Assembly (NCBI GenBank): GCA_963772835.1
Contig: CAVYYZ010000022.1
Location: forward strand, 1 to 22,230
Direction of reading: 5' to 3'
Origin: an uncultured delta proteobacterium
GTDB lineage: Bacteria; Desulfobacterota; Desulfuromonadia; Geobacterales; Pseudopelobacteraceae
DNA length: 22,230 nt
The translations under genes and the position numbers were made by a program. Shown one piece after another: positions 1 through 11,425 of the stretch; within the stretch, counting starts at the first letter, position 1; each line of letters opens with the position of its first letter. The notes below the pieces were generated by a model, which had not been told where the DNA came from, did no database searches, and saw only the letters and a program-made list of their open reading frames with translations.

Positions 1-1007
1 AATTGGTTGAGGTGGTGCACCTCGAAAGCGCGGCACTCGGAAGAGCCGTTTACGTTATTGCCGAAAGCGATTTGAACGATGTACGTCTGATAGATCCACC
101 TCAAGCAGGCGGTTACGGTCTGGATGCTCAGTGGAACGATGATTTTCACCATTCTCTGCGGGCACTCCTGACCGGCGAGCGGGCAGGATACTATTCTGAC
201 TTCGGACGGTTTTCAGATCTGGTAAAGAGCATTAACGAGGGCTTTGTCCTCACCGGTCAATATTCGTCATTCAGAAAAAGGCGTCATGGCTGTTCGTCGT
301 CACATATTCCGCCCGGTCAATTGGTGGTGTTTTCCCAGAACCACGATCAGGTGGGCAACCGGATGCTTGGCGAGCGGTTAAGTAAGCATCTCTCCATTCC
401 ACAGCTTAAGCTGGCTGCCGCGACAATCCTGCTCTCTCCCTACCTGCCGCTCCTTTTCATGGGTGAAGAGTACGCAGAGTCAGCACCTTTTCCTTATTTC
501 GTCAGTCATGGCGACCCGGATCTGGTGGAGGGGGTCAGGCGGGGTCGGCTGGAGGAGTTCGCCGCTTTCGGTAATCAAGGAGAACCTCCCGATCCTCAGG
601 CTGAAATGACCTTTCTTTCAGCCAAGCTTGATCAGGAACAGCGTCACCAAGCGGAACAGAGAGTTCTTTTCAAGTTCTACCGCGAACTGATTCGGCTGCG
701 CAAGGAGTGCCCACCGCTTGCCAGCCTCAGCAGGGGTGGCATGCAGATAATTGTCAGTGAGGAAGAACTGGTGCTGGCGACCGTTCGGACTTCCGGTGAT
801 GATCAGCTGTTCTGTTTGTTCAATTACAGCGGTGAATACTGTGTAATCCCCCCTACGCTGGCGAGCGGCACATTGTGTGTTCTGCTCGATTCTACAGATA
901 CCTATCCTACCGGGAGCTGTATAACGATATATTCTACCCGCCCATCGACATTTCCGACGCTTGCCCCTTTCGGCGTCATGGTCTACCGGACTGAAAGGAC
1001 AAATTGA
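1..1007 (+). CDS. treZ: Malto-oligosyltrehalose trehalohydrolase (GH13), 5' end outside the window
   Basis: Motifs VIAESDLND, AQWNDDFHH, QNHDQVGNR and LLFMGEEY. Same operon as treY. Stop TGA 1005-1007 overlaps the next ATG. Confidence 0.93.
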   Translation, partial: LVEVVHLESAALGRAVYVIAESDLNDVRLIDPPQAGGYGLDAQWNDDFHHSLRALLTGERAGYYSDFGRFSDLVKSINEGFVLTGQYSSFRKRRHGCSSSHIPPGQLVVFSQNHDQVGNRMLGERLSKHLSIPQLKLAAATILLSPYLPLLFMGEEYAESAPFPYFVSHGDPDLVEGVRRGRLEEFAAFGNQGEPPDPQAEMTFLSAKLDQEQRHQAEQRVLFKFYRELIRLRKECPPLASLSRGGMQIIVSEEELVLATVRTSGDDQLFCLFNYSGEYCVIPPTLASGTLCVLLDSTDTYPTGSCITIYSTRPSTFPTLAPFGVMVYRTERTN

Positions 1008-3457
1008 TGGAGCGCTTCATCTGCATACATGGCCACTTTTATCAGCCACCTCGAGAAAACCCCTGGCTGGAGTCAGTTGAGATTCAGGATTCGGCCTATC
1101 CCTATCACGACTGGAATGAACGGATCACCGCCGAGTGTTATGCTCCCAATACCGCCTCACGGAATCTGGACCGTGAGGGGCGCATCATGGGGATCATCAG
1201 CAACTATGCCCGGATCAGCTTCAATTTCGGGCCGACGCTGCTTTCCTGGATGGAAAAATTCGCAACCGAAACGTACCGGGCAATTCTGGCGGCCGACCGG
1301 CAGAGTATCGTCTGGCGCTCCGGACATGGGGCGGCTCTGGCCCAGGTGTACAACCATATCATCATGCCACTGGCCACTCTGCGCGACAAACAGACGCAAG
1401 TAAAATGGGGAATCAGTGATTTCGAGCATCGTTTTCAGCGTTTTCCTGAGGGGATGTGGCTGGCTGAAACAGCCGTTGATACTGAAACCCTGGAAGTACT
1501 GGCCGAGAACGGCATCTGCTTTACCGTACTTGCCCCGCATCAGGCGGGTAAAGTTCGCGGGAGCGACTCCGGCAGATGGAAGGATGTCTCCGGCTCTCGT
1601 ATCGACCCATCACAGGCGTATCTCTGTCGTCTTCCCTCCGGTCGGAGCATTTCCATATTTTTCTACGATGGCCCAATCTCCCAGGCTGTGGCGTTCGAGA
1701 AGCTGCTCAGCAGCGGAGAACAGTTTGCCTCCCGTCTAATATCCGGTTTTTCCAATCACCGTCGCCACTCCCAGCTGGTACATATCGCCACTGACGGTGA
1801 AACTTACGGTCATCACCATCACTTCGGCGAAATGGCGCTGGGACATGCGCTGGATCACATTGAAGGAAACGGGCTCGCCCGTCTGACCAACTATGGTGAA
1901 TATCTGGAGCTCCATCCTGCTACTCATGAGGTGCAGATTATTGAAAACAGTTCCTGGAGCTGCATGCATGGTATTGAGAGATGGAAGGGTGATTGCGGCT
2001 GCAATTCCGGCGGAAATCCGGGCTGGAACCAGCTGTGGCGGAAACCTTTGCGGGATGCGCTGGACAGCCTCAATGATCAGTTGGCAGTCTGTTTCGAAAA
2101 TGGCCTGGCGGGATTAGTGAAAGCCCCCTGGGTTGCCAGGGACGAATATATCCATGTCATGCTGAATCGTTCTGTTGAAAACGTCGCAGCCTTCCTGTTC
2201 AAACATTCACAGCGCCCGCTGGATGAAGAGGACACCGTTACAGTGCTCAGCCTGCTGGAAATGCAGCGCCATGCATTGCTTATGTACACGAGCTGCGGGT
2301 GGTTTTTTGATGAACTGTCCGGACTCGAAACGGTTCAGATCATCCAGTATGCCGGCAGGGCGATTCAGCTAACTGAAAAATAGCACACCGAAGACATTGA
2401 AGCTGCATTTCTGGAACGACTGGCAGAGGCCAGGAGCAATATTCCCGAACATGGCAACGGGGCTGAAATCTACGTGAAATTCGTGAAGCCCGCCATGATC
2501 AACCTGATCAAGGTCGGCGCACACTATGCCGTCAGTTCGATCTTTGAGGCGTATGGAGAGGAAACAGATGTTTTTTGCTACCGGGCTTTCAAGGAGGATT
2601 TTCTGATTCTTCATGCCGGGCAGATAAGTCTGACCGTAGGAAGAGTGTTCATCCAATCGTCCATTACAAATAAGTCAGACCGGATCAGTTTCTGCACCCT
2701 CTATTTCGGCGGTCACGCACTGAACTGCGGTGTCCGTTCGTATCTTGGCGAAGGGGCGTACCTGACGATGAAACAGGAAGTTGTTGCTGCGTTTAATGAA
2801 ACAGATTTTGCCGCCATCATCCGACTGATGGATACCCATTTCGGCATGCACACCTACTCACTCAGAAATCTTTTCCGGGATGAACAGCGCAATGTTCTGC
2901 AACGTATTATTGCCGGGACGCTTCAGGATTTTGAAGACAAGTTTGCGCAACTCTACGAAAACAGCAGAAGTCTGATGGGCTTTTTACGAGAAACCGGTAT
3001 GCCTGTGCCGCATAGGTTTATTGCAACGGCCGAGACAGCGCTCAATCTGCGCCTGCAGAAGCTGTTTATCTCAGAGGACGTAGAAATTGGAGCGATCAAG
3101 GATATCGTCAACGAAATCAATAACTGGAATATTGCGGTGGATACTGTGGCTCTTGAGTTTATCATCCGTCGCAGAGTGGAAGGATCGATGGTCGCGCTGC
3201 TTGAGGATCCGGAAAACGAGCAGCACTTGGGTAAAGTCCTGCATCTGGTCGAGTCTATTGCAGCTCTTCCGGTAGGAGTGAACCTCTGGCAGGCCCAGAA
3301 CATGTACTGGGAAATGCTGAAATCACTCACAATGGTTATTCAGTCCGGTCGCGGAGAAAAAAACTCCCCTTCTGTCAGTTGTAAGGCAATGAGGACACTG
3401 GGACAGCTGTTGTATTTCAATGTAGAAGCTGCTCTGGCAGCAAAGGATGGCCTATGA
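1007..3457 (+). pseudogene. GH57-family / DUF3536 glycoside hydrolase interrupted by one in-frame TAG at 2381-2383 (816 codons if read through)
   Basis: GH57 motifs CIHGHFYQPPRE, GMWLAETAV and IATDGETYGHHH. ORFs 1004..2383 and 2474..3457 share a frame, and the gap reads LTEK*HTEDIEAAFLERLAEARSNIPEHGNG, typical family sequence. ATG 1007 follows GAAAGGA; ATGA overlap with treY. Real pseudogene versus sequence error is unresolved. Confidence 0.85.
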
Positions 3458-6441
3458 ACAGTGCGGGGCTCAGAATACCGGTGTCAACCTACCGGTTGCA
3501 GTTCAATGGACAATTTGGGTTCAGCGATGCGAAAGAGATACTCTCATATCTGAAGCGTCTCGGCATAACTGACATCTACGCATCACCCTATTTCAAAGCA
3601 CGTGCGGGGAGCCTTCACGGCTACGACATGCTGGACCAGAACAGCCTCAATCCTGAGGTTGGTACTGAGGAGGAATTCGAAGAATTTGTCAGCGAACTGA
3701 AGCGGTGTGACCTGGGGCAGGTACTCGACATAGTGCCGAACCATATGTGTATCGAGGGAGAGGGAAATGCCTATTGGGCGGATCTGCTGGAAAACGGGCC
3801 AAGCTCACGCTACGCACGCTTTTTCGATATAGACTGGCACCCGGTAAAAAAAGAGTTGGAGAACAAAGTTCTGATTCCGATTCTGGGTGACCAGTACGGC
3901 ACGGTACTTGAGAACGGTGAATTGAACCTCTCTTTTGAAGAAGGCTCTTTTTTTATCCGCTATTACGAACACAAATTGCCGATTATTCCCAAGTCCTACA
4001 GTACAATTTTGACGCACGGTATCGAATCACTGGAGCGTGAGTTGACTGCAGCAGCCCCCCAGTTTCAGGAGCTTATGAGCATTGTAACAGCGCTTCGGCA
4101 CCTGCCGCCGACAACTGAAAAAGATCCCGAACGGATTGTGGAGCGCTACCGCGAAAAAGAGGTCGTCAAAAGGCGCCTCTGGAGTCTTTATCAAAACAGC
4201 GGAGCGATCCGGGAGTTCATTGAAAAGAGTGTGAACGTCTTCAACGGCACAAAGGGTGAACCAAGAAGTTTTGATCTTCTCGATTCGCTTCTCCGGGAGC
4301 AGGTTTACCGCATTTCCCACTGGCGTGTCGCCACTGAAGAGATCAATTACCGACGCTTTTTCGATATAAATTCTCTTGGTGCCATCAGAGTTGAAGACCC
4401 TGCGGTGTTTGAAGAGACGCACCGACTCGTCTTCAAGCTTGTGGAGACGGGAAAGATTACCGGCTTGCGCATCGACCACGCTGACGGCCTGCATGATCCC
4501 GAGGATTATATCCGGCGGTTGCAGTCAGCCTGCTTTATGCGGATGTTCGGCGACAATATTGAATCCGGCACTGAAGACCATGTTACAGATGAAGCCATCC
4601 GGGAAAAGTATGACCTGATTCTTGCCGCCGATCCTTCCTACAAGCCGTTTTACATCATTGCCGAAAAAATCCTCCTCAAAGCCGAGAAGCTACCTGGCAG
4701 CTGGCCGGCATTCAATACAACCGGATACGATTTTGCCAACCAGGTGAACGGCCTGTTTGTGGATACCGCAAATGCCAAACCGTTTGAAACACTATATACC
4801 CGCTTCCTGCAGCACCGCGTAGACTTCGCAGAGGCCGTCTACGACAAGAAAAAACTGGTTATGCAGGTAGCCATGTCGAGTGAAATCAACACGCTGGGTC
4901 ATTATCTGAACAGGATATCTGAAAAAAGCCGGCATACCAGGGATTTTACCCTCAACAGCCTGATCAAGTCGCTTGTTGAAGTAATTGCCTTTTTTCCGGT
5001 CTATCGAACCTACACCAACTCCCTTGCGGTTCTTGAGCGGGACCGGCAATACATTGAATCAGCCATTGGTCGGGCCAAACGTCAGAATCCTGCGATCAGT
5101 GCCTCGATTTTTGATTTTATCCGGGATGTGCTGACGCTTGATTTTGCTGATGACATGAACGAGGAGGATAAACTGATTTGGCTTGATTTCGTGCAGCGTT
5201 TTCAGCAGATCACCAGCCCGGTCATGGCAAAGGGGGTCGAAGACACGGCATTCTATCTCTACAACCGGCTGGTCTCCCTGAACGAGGTGGGGGGAAGCCC
5301 GGAGCGCTTCGGTATTACCTTGGAGGCGTTCCATGGGCTGAATATCGAGCGTTGCAAGAGCCGGCCATTGGCCATGCTGGCGACATCGACCCACGACACC
5401 AAGCGGAGCGAGGATGTCAGGGCGCGGATTACCGTTATCTCCGAAATGCCTGATAAATGGCGTGAAGGACTCTCCCGATGGAGCCGCCTGAACCGTAAAC
5501 TCAAGATGGTTGTCGACGGCAAACCCGCCCCGAGTCGCAATGAAGAGTATCTGCTCTACCAGACGCTGGTTGGAACCTGGCCCTTCTGCAGCAGTGAAGA
5601 TGAAGAGTTTTCCGTCTTTCGTACCCGTATCAAGGAGTACATGTTGAAAGCCATGCGGGAAGCCAAGGTTCACACCAGCTGGATCAGCCCCAACACCCTT
5701 CGTGAAGATGCGGTAATGTATTTTGTCGATTCAATATTGAAAGATTCCCGGAATAACAATTTCCTGCATGATTTCGAGGTTTTTCAGAGAATGACGGCAA
5801 GCTGCGGCATGTTCAACTCCCTTTCCCAGTCACTCCTCAAAATAACGTCACCCGGCATTCCGGATTTTTATCAGGGAAATGAATTGTGGGATTTCAGTCT
5901 GGTAGATCCTGACAATCGTCGCCTGATTGATTACGGGTTACGAAAAGAATTTCTGAATGCGCTGACGCTGAAAGAAGAGAGTGCAGGACTTCTGGAAACG
6001 GCTCGCGAGGCCGTTAGAACCCGTACTAATGGCAGCATAAAGATGCATGTGACGAGGAAAGCTCTCAACTTCCGCCGAAATAACCGCACACTGTTCGAGT
6101 CAGGCAGGTATTTGCCTCTGGCAGTAGAAGGCATCAGGCAGGAACATGTCTGCGCCTTCGAACGTTCGATGAATGGCAGCTCAATTATGGTGATCGTGCC
6201 GCGGTTTACCAGTCGCCTGATTCAGAATGAAGACGGACTGCCGCTGGGAGCGGCGGTCTGGGGGGATACCCGGATTATTCAATCGTTTGACATGACCGCA
6301 AGCCGTTACCGCAATATTTTTACCGGAGAGGAGTTGAGCCTCAATCAGCACGAGGGACAACAGAGCCTTGCACTTGCGGACATTCTTTTGGCGTTTCCCG
6401 TGGCATTACTGGAGCGGTTCGATCATCCTGTATCAATCTAA
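3454..6441 (+). CDS. treY: Malto-oligosyltrehalose synthase
   Basis: 995 aa. Motifs PVSTYRLQF, GSLHGYD, DIVPNHM, INYRRFFDI, GLRIDHADGL, AEKIL, TSTHDTKRSEDVRARI and SLVDPDNRR. Confidence 0.96.
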   Translation: MNSAGLRIPVSTYRLQFNGQFGFSDAKEILSYLKRLGITDIYASPYFKARAGSLHGYDMLDQNSLNPEVGTEEEFEEFVSELKRCDLGQVLDIVPNHMCIEGEGNAYWADLLENGPSSRYARFFDIDWHPVKKELENKVLIPILGDQYGTVLENGELNLSFEEGSFFIRYYEHKLPIIPKSYSTILTHGIESLERELTAAAPQFQELMSIVTALRHLPPTTEKDPERIVERYREKEVVKRRLWSLYQNSGAIREFIEKSVNVFNGTKGEPRSFDLLDSLLREQVYRISHWRVATEEINYRRFFDINSLGAIRVEDPAVFEETHRLVFKLVETGKITGLRIDHADGLHDPEDYIRRLQSACFMRMFGDNIESGTEDHVTDEAIREKYDLILAADPSYKPFYIIAEKILLKAEKLPGSWPAFNTTGYDFANQVNGLFVDTANAKPFETLYTRFLQHRVDFAEAVYDKKKLVMQVAMSSEINTLGHYLNRISEKSRHTRDFTLNSLIKSLVEVIAFFPVYRTYTNSLAVLERDRQYIESAIGRAKRQNPAISASIFDFIRDVLTLDFADDMNEEDKLIWLDFVQRFQQITSPVMAKGVEDTAFYLYNRLVSLNEVGGSPERFGITLEAFHGLNIERCKSRPLAMLATSTHDTKRSEDVRARITVISEMPDKWREGLSRWSRLNRKLKMVVDGKPAPSRNEEYLLYQTLVGTWPFCSSEDEEFSVFRTRIKEYMLKAMREAKVHTSWISPNTLREDAVMYFVDSILKDSRNNNFLHDFEVFQRMTASCGMFNSLSQSLLKITSPGIPDFYQGNELWDFSLVDPDNRRLIDYGLRKEFLNALTLKEESAGLLETAREAVRTRTNGSIKMHVTRKALNFRRNNRTLFESGRYLPLAVEGIRQEHVCAFERSMNGSSIMVIVPRFTSRLIQNEDGLPLGAAVWGDTRIIQSFDMTASRYRNIFTGEELSLNQHEGQQSLALADILLAFPVALLERFDHPVSI

Positions 6442-6450
6442 GGAGTTCAG

Positions 6451-7945
6451 ATGCTGAATAAGCGTGGCAGTGGAGTATTGTTGCACCCGACATCGCTGCC
6501 CGGACCAGGCGGGATAGGCACACTGGGATCGGATGCCCGGCGTTTTATCGATCTGCTGCATGATATGGGCATGTCGTACTGGCAGGTACTGCCATTGACG
6601 CCCCCTGCCTGCGGCAATTCTCCCTATTCTGCTCTTACCGCCTTCGGGGGCAATCCCCTCCTGATCGATCTGGAACGGATTATCCAGGAGGGAGATCTTC
6701 CCCCGGCCAGCGGCATCAGCAGATATCCGGAGGAGCGTGTTGATTTTGCCGCTGTTATCCCGATCAAAATGGCGTTGCTGTATCAGGCAGCTGCAATCTT
6801 TCTGACCGGAGACGAAAATCTACGCACCGTTGTGTTTCGCCGATTCTGTGAAACGACACCGTGGCTTCATGATTTTGCGCTCTTTATGGCGCTCAAGCAG
6901 CGTTACAACGGAATGAGTTGGAATCTGTGGCCGGAGGAAATATCTCGACCGACAGTTGACATGCGCCAAAAGCTATCGACTGAACTTGAATCTGAAATTA
7001 TGATTCAGAAATATCTGCAGTGGCAGTTTGCCCGGCAGTGGCAGGATCTGCACTACTATGCCAATCAGCAGGGGAATCGCCATCATCGGCGATATCCCTA
7101 TCTTTGTTGCCTATGACTCTGCCGACGTCTGGAGCCATCGGGAATATTTCCTTCTGGATGTGAAGGGTGAGCCAACATTTGTGGCAGGAGTACCGCCCGA
7201 CTATTTCAGTGCAAGCGGCCAGTTGTGGGGCAATCCGCTCTATGACTGGAAGGTACTGAGACAGACCGGATTTCAGTGGTGGATAGATCGTTTCAAAGCG
7301 ACGTTTGAGCTTTTTGATGTCGTGCGCATTGACCACTTTCGCGGCTTCGAAGCGGCGTGGCATATTCCTGCGGGCGAACAAACCGCGCAAAAAGGGGCAT
7401 GGATAAAAGGGCCGGGAGAGCAGCTTTTTGATGCTCTCTCTACTGCTCTTGGGAATCTCCCCATAATAGCCGAAGATTTAGGGGTAATTACTCCTGAAGT
7501 ACTTGCGCTCCGTGATCGTTATAATTTTCCCGGTATGAAGATTCTTCAGTTTGCCTTTGATTCAAAAATTGACGGTCGAGATCTTCCTCATAATCATGAC
7601 AAACATGGGGTCGTATATACTGGAACGCATGATAATGACACCAGCAGAGGGTGGTATGATTCTCGCTCAGATGCGGAGCGCGACGAGATGAAGGCGTATC
7701 TGGGTTCAACCGGCGATGACGGCGTCGGCGACCTGGTGCGATCCGCACTGATGTCGGTCGCCAATACGGCAATACTACCGTTGCAGGATTTTCTGAAGCT
7801 TGGCAGTGAGGCGCGCATGAATGTTCCCGGCACACCTTTTGGCAACTGGGAATGGCGCTTTACCTGGGAAATGATCCCGCAAAATATGGCCGCCCTGGTG
7901 CGTAGTCAGGTGCAGCGTTATGGCAGAACAGATCATGGAGATTAA
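6451..7945 (+). pseudogene. malQ: 4-alpha-glucanotransferase (amylomaltase, GH77) with a +1 frameshift at ~7071-7076 (497 aa if repaired)
   Basis: N-half has SGVLLHPTSLP, WQVLPL and SPYS. C-half has IIGDIPIFV, GVPPDYFS, QLWGNP, RIDHFRGF, IAEDLG and YTGTHDNDT. Removing one base from GGGGAA joins ...YANQQG-IAIIGD. SD AGGAG upstream. Confidence 0.92.
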
Positions 7946-7949
7946 ATTA

Positions 7950-10900
7950 ATGAGCCACAAAAATTCCATTCTTGAAGACAATCCCCACTGGTATCGGGAT
8001 GCGATAATTTACCAGGTTCATGTCAAGGCGTATGCCGATTCCAGCGCTGATGGCACCGGCGATTTCCTCGGCCTGATCAGCAAGCTTGACTACCTGCAGC
8101 AGCTCGGCGTTACGGCGCTCTGGCTGCTCCCGTTCTATCCCTCGCCCCAGCGTGATGACGGTTATGATATTGCCGACTACTATGATGTCAATCCTATCTA
8201 CAGTTCTCTGCGCGAGTTCAAACAGTTATTAAGTAAAGCCCACAGTCGTGGCATCCGGATCATCACCGAACTGGTGCTTAACCATACCTCTGATCAGCAC
8301 CCCTGGTTTCAGCGCGCCCGCAACGCAAAACCGGGATCGCCGCATCGGGATTTCTACGTATGGAGCGATACGCCGGAAAAGTACCATGACGCACGTATTA
8401 TCTTTCAGGACTTTGAAACATCCAACTGGACCTGGGATCCGGTGGCAAAAGCATATTACTGGCACCGTTTCTATGGGCATCAGCCGGATCTCAACTTCGA
8501 AAATCCGAGGGTGCAGGCTGAAATGCTGAAGGTGATAGACTTCTGGATGCAGATGGGAGTTGACGGGGTTCGTCTCGATGCGGTTCCCTATCTATTTGAA
8601 CGGGAAGGAACCAATTGTGAAAATCTTCCCGAAACGCATGATTTTCTGAAAAAACTGCGTGCCCATCTTGACAGCAAGTTTAAAAATCGCCTGCTGCTGT
8701 CAGAGGCGAATCAGTGGCCGGAAGATGCCGCCGCCTATTTCGGTGATGGGGACGAAAGCAACATGTCATTTCATTTTCCCCTTATGCCGCGGATGTTCAT
8801 GGCTATCGAGATGGAAGACCGCTTCCCGATTGTCGATATACTCGATCAGACTCCGGCTATTCCTGATGGCTGTCAATGGGCAATATTCCTGCGCAATCAT
8901 GATGAGTTGACCCTGGAGATGGTAACCGATGAGGAACGGGACTACATGTACCGCGCCTATGCTTCTGATCCGAGGTCACGCATCAACCTCGGTATTCGCC
9001 GCCGTCTGGCTCCCTTGATGGGGAACAATCGCCGCAAGATCGAGCTGATGAATGTACTGCTCTTTTCTTTGCCCGGCACTCCTATTATTTATTATGGCGA
9101 TGAAATCGGCATGGGTGACAACTACTATCTGGGCGATCGCAACGGGGTCCGAACGCCCATGCAGTGGAATCAGGATCGCAACGCCGGTTTCTCCAAAGCA
9201 AGCCCACAGAAGCTGTTTCTGCCGGTCATAATTGAAGCTGAATATCATTATGAGTCGATCAATGTAGAGAATCAGGAGCGCAATACCTCATCCCTGCTCT
9301 GGTGGATGCGGCGAACAATCGCCATGCGCAAGCGTTTCAAAGCTTTTGGCTGCGGTACGCTGGAGATGCTTTCTTCAGATAACCCGAAGGTATTGACCTT
9401 TATTCGCAGCCATCTTGACGAAAAAATTCTGGTGGTTATCAATCTTTCACGTTTTTCACAATCGGTTACGGTTGACCTTTCCAGCTATGCGGGGATGTTT
9501 CCGGAAGAGGTGTTCAGCCGCAACCGTTTTCCCATCATCCAGGAATCACGGTATCACTTCACCATGGGACAATATGACTATTTCTGGTTTTCTCTGCGCA
9601 GCACAGAGGCACGGAGCGAACCGTGTGATGATGAGTGCCTGAGCCTTTCTTTGCCAAATGGGCACCCCTGGTGGGATGTGGTGAAGGGGATGGCAGGAGA
9701 ACGTTTGTGCAGTCTGGTTCTTCCACGCTATCTGCAACGCGTCTTCTGGTTTTGCGGCAAAGGGAGGGTCATACGGCAGATCAGTGTTATTGACAGCTGT
9801 CAGATGAAACAGGAGAACCAGCTTTTTCTGCTCACCTTTATCAAAGTTGCTTACAATGAGAAAGATGCAGAAACATATCTGCTGCCACTTGCCTGGATTT
9901 CCAATGATCGGCTACAGACTCTTGCGGATCGACATCCGCTGGAAATTATCACAGCGCTGACCGTCGGAGATGTTGCAGGGTCTCTCTGTGACGCGGTTTA
10001 CTTTGAGGAATTTCGCGAATTGCTCTTAAAAACCATACAAGAACGGTCAAAAGTTGAGGGGGTGCAGGGTTCTTACCTGATCGGTCTGATTCCGGGCGGC
10101 GTGGCAAAAAGTTTCCCACCACGGTCAGAACTGTTTCCCAGCAGGGTTGTTTCTGTTGTGCAGAACAACACCAGTTTTCTGTACGGCGACCGTCTGCTGT
10201 TCAAGATGTACCGCAAAATTGATGACGGCATCAACCCGGAACCGGAGATGCTTCAGTTTCTGGCCTCCAGAAAACAATTCCGGAATGTCCCTGTCTACTC
10301 CGGCAAGATCGAATACCGACCGACCAAAGATAAGGTTTTTGATATAGGTGTGCTGCAATCCTACATCGCCTGTCACGGCGATGCCTGGGGAAATACCCTC
10401 ACCAGCCTGGCGCAATTTATTGATTATTTACTGTCGCACAAGCAGGATCTGCCAAAACTACCTGCTGCAATGCCGACACTTCTTGAGGTTGTTGAAGGTG
10501 GTATTCCTGATCAGTTTCATGACCTTGTGCGTGGATTACATCTGGAAATGGCGCTGCTACTCGGGCGGCGTACTGCGGAAATGCATCGGGCGCTGGCTTC
10601 TTCCGGTTCACTCGAAAACAGTTGGAGCATGGAAGAATTTTCAACCCTCTACCAGCGTTCCCTCTTTCAATCAATGCGCTCGCTGGTCCGAAGAAATTTT
10701 CAGCTATTGGCAAAAGCCGTTCCCGGTTTGCCCGTTTCAGTTCAAAAGAGAGCTGGACGGATTCTGGAGGCAGAAAAAGAGATTATCAGCACACTGCAGA
10801 AAATCACCGGCAAGCGTCTTTCCGCTATGAAATGCAGGATTCATGGTGACTTTCATCTGGGGCAGGCGCTTTTTACCGGCAAGGATTTTGTTTTTATCGA

Positions 10901-11285
10901 TTTTGAGGGTGAACCGGCTCATTCACTGGGCGAGCGGCGCCTGAAACGCTCTCCGCTGCGGGATGTGGTCAGTATGATCCATTCCATTCACTATGCCGCC
11001 ATGACGACGCTGGCTCACCACGCAGCCAGTCATCCTGAAGATTCGGCTATCTTGGAACCGTGGCTTGAGGCCTGGTATGTCTACGTCAGCGGGTCATATT
11101 TGAAAGCGTATCTGCACACCATGAAAAATTCTCCGCTGATTCCTGCGGATCGAAAAGAACTTGAGATTATGCTCCGCTCGTTCCTGATTCAGCGGGTCGT
11201 TCACGAGATGGGACATGAGTTGAGCAGCCACCCGGAACAGGTTGATCTGCACTTGCGGGGACTTGAAATGCTGCTGAAGCAATAA
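7950..11285 (+). CDS. treS: Trehalose synthase fused to a C-terminal maltokinase (Mak/Pep2)-like domain
   Basis: TreS motifs WYRDAIIYQ, DDGYDIAD, ELVLNHTS, RLDAVPYL, EANQWP, FLRNHDELTLEMV and NLGIRRRLAPL. Kinase motifs RIHGDFHLGQ and IDFEGEP. Start placed at ATG 7950, after GGAG 7937-7940. Confidence 0.95.
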   Translation: MSHKNSILEDNPHWYRDAIIYQVHVKAYADSSADGTGDFLGLISKLDYLQQLGVTALWLLPFYPSPQRDDGYDIADYYDVNPIYSSLREFKQLLSKAHSRGIRIITELVLNHTSDQHPWFQRARNAKPGSPHRDFYVWSDTPEKYHDARIIFQDFETSNWTWDPVAKAYYWHRFYGHQPDLNFENPRVQAEMLKVIDFWMQMGVDGVRLDAVPYLFEREGTNCENLPETHDFLKKLRAHLDSKFKNRLLLSEANQWPEDAAAYFGDGDESNMSFHFPLMPRMFMAIEMEDRFPIVDILDQTPAIPDGCQWAIFLRNHDELTLEMVTDEERDYMYRAYASDPRSRINLGIRRRLAPLMGNNRRKIELMNVLLFSLPGTPIIYYGDEIGMGDNYYLGDRNGVRTPMQWNQDRNAGFSKASPQKLFLPVIIEAEYHYESINVENQERNTSSLLWWMRRTIAMRKRFKAFGCGTLEMLSSDNPKVLTFIRSHLDEKILVVINLSRFSQSVTVDLSSYAGMFPEEVFSRNRFPIIQESRYHFTMGQYDYFWFSLRSTEARSEPCDDECLSLSLPNGHPWWDVVKGMAGERLCSLVLPRYLQRVFWFCGKGRVIRQISVIDSCQMKQENQLFLLTFIKVAYNEKDAETYLLPLAWISNDRLQTLADRHPLEIITALTVGDVAGSLCDAVYFEEFRELLLKTIQERSKVEGVQGSYLIGLIPGGVAKSFPPRSELFPSRVVSVVQNNTSFLYGDRLLFKMYRKIDDGINPEPEMLQFLASRKQFRNVPVYSGKIEYRPTKDKVFDIGVLQSYIACHGDAWGNTLTSLAQFIDYLLSHKQDLPKLPAAMPTLLEVVEGGIPDQFHDLVRGLHLEMALLLGRRTAEMHRALASSGSLENSWSMEEFSTLYQRSLFQSMRSLVRRNFQLLAKAVPGLPVSVQKRAGRILEAEKEIISTLQKITGKRLSAMKCRIHGDFHLGQALFTGKDFVFIDFEGEPAHSLGERRLKRSPLRDVVSMIHSIHYAAMTTLAHHAASHPEDSAILEPWLEAWYVYVSGSYLKAYLHTMKNSPLIPADRKELEIMLRSFLIQRVVHEMGHELSSHPEQVDLHLRGLEMLLKQ

Positions 11286-11425
11286 CATGTTCTGGAACAT
11301 TATCTAACTGCATATAAATTTGTGGTTTAATCAACTCCGCAACTAAAAGAGTTTTATGGGAAATAGTGTTTGTTAGTGATATACAACTCACCACTATAAC
11401 GTTCGTCTTATGAGGTCTGAAAAGT

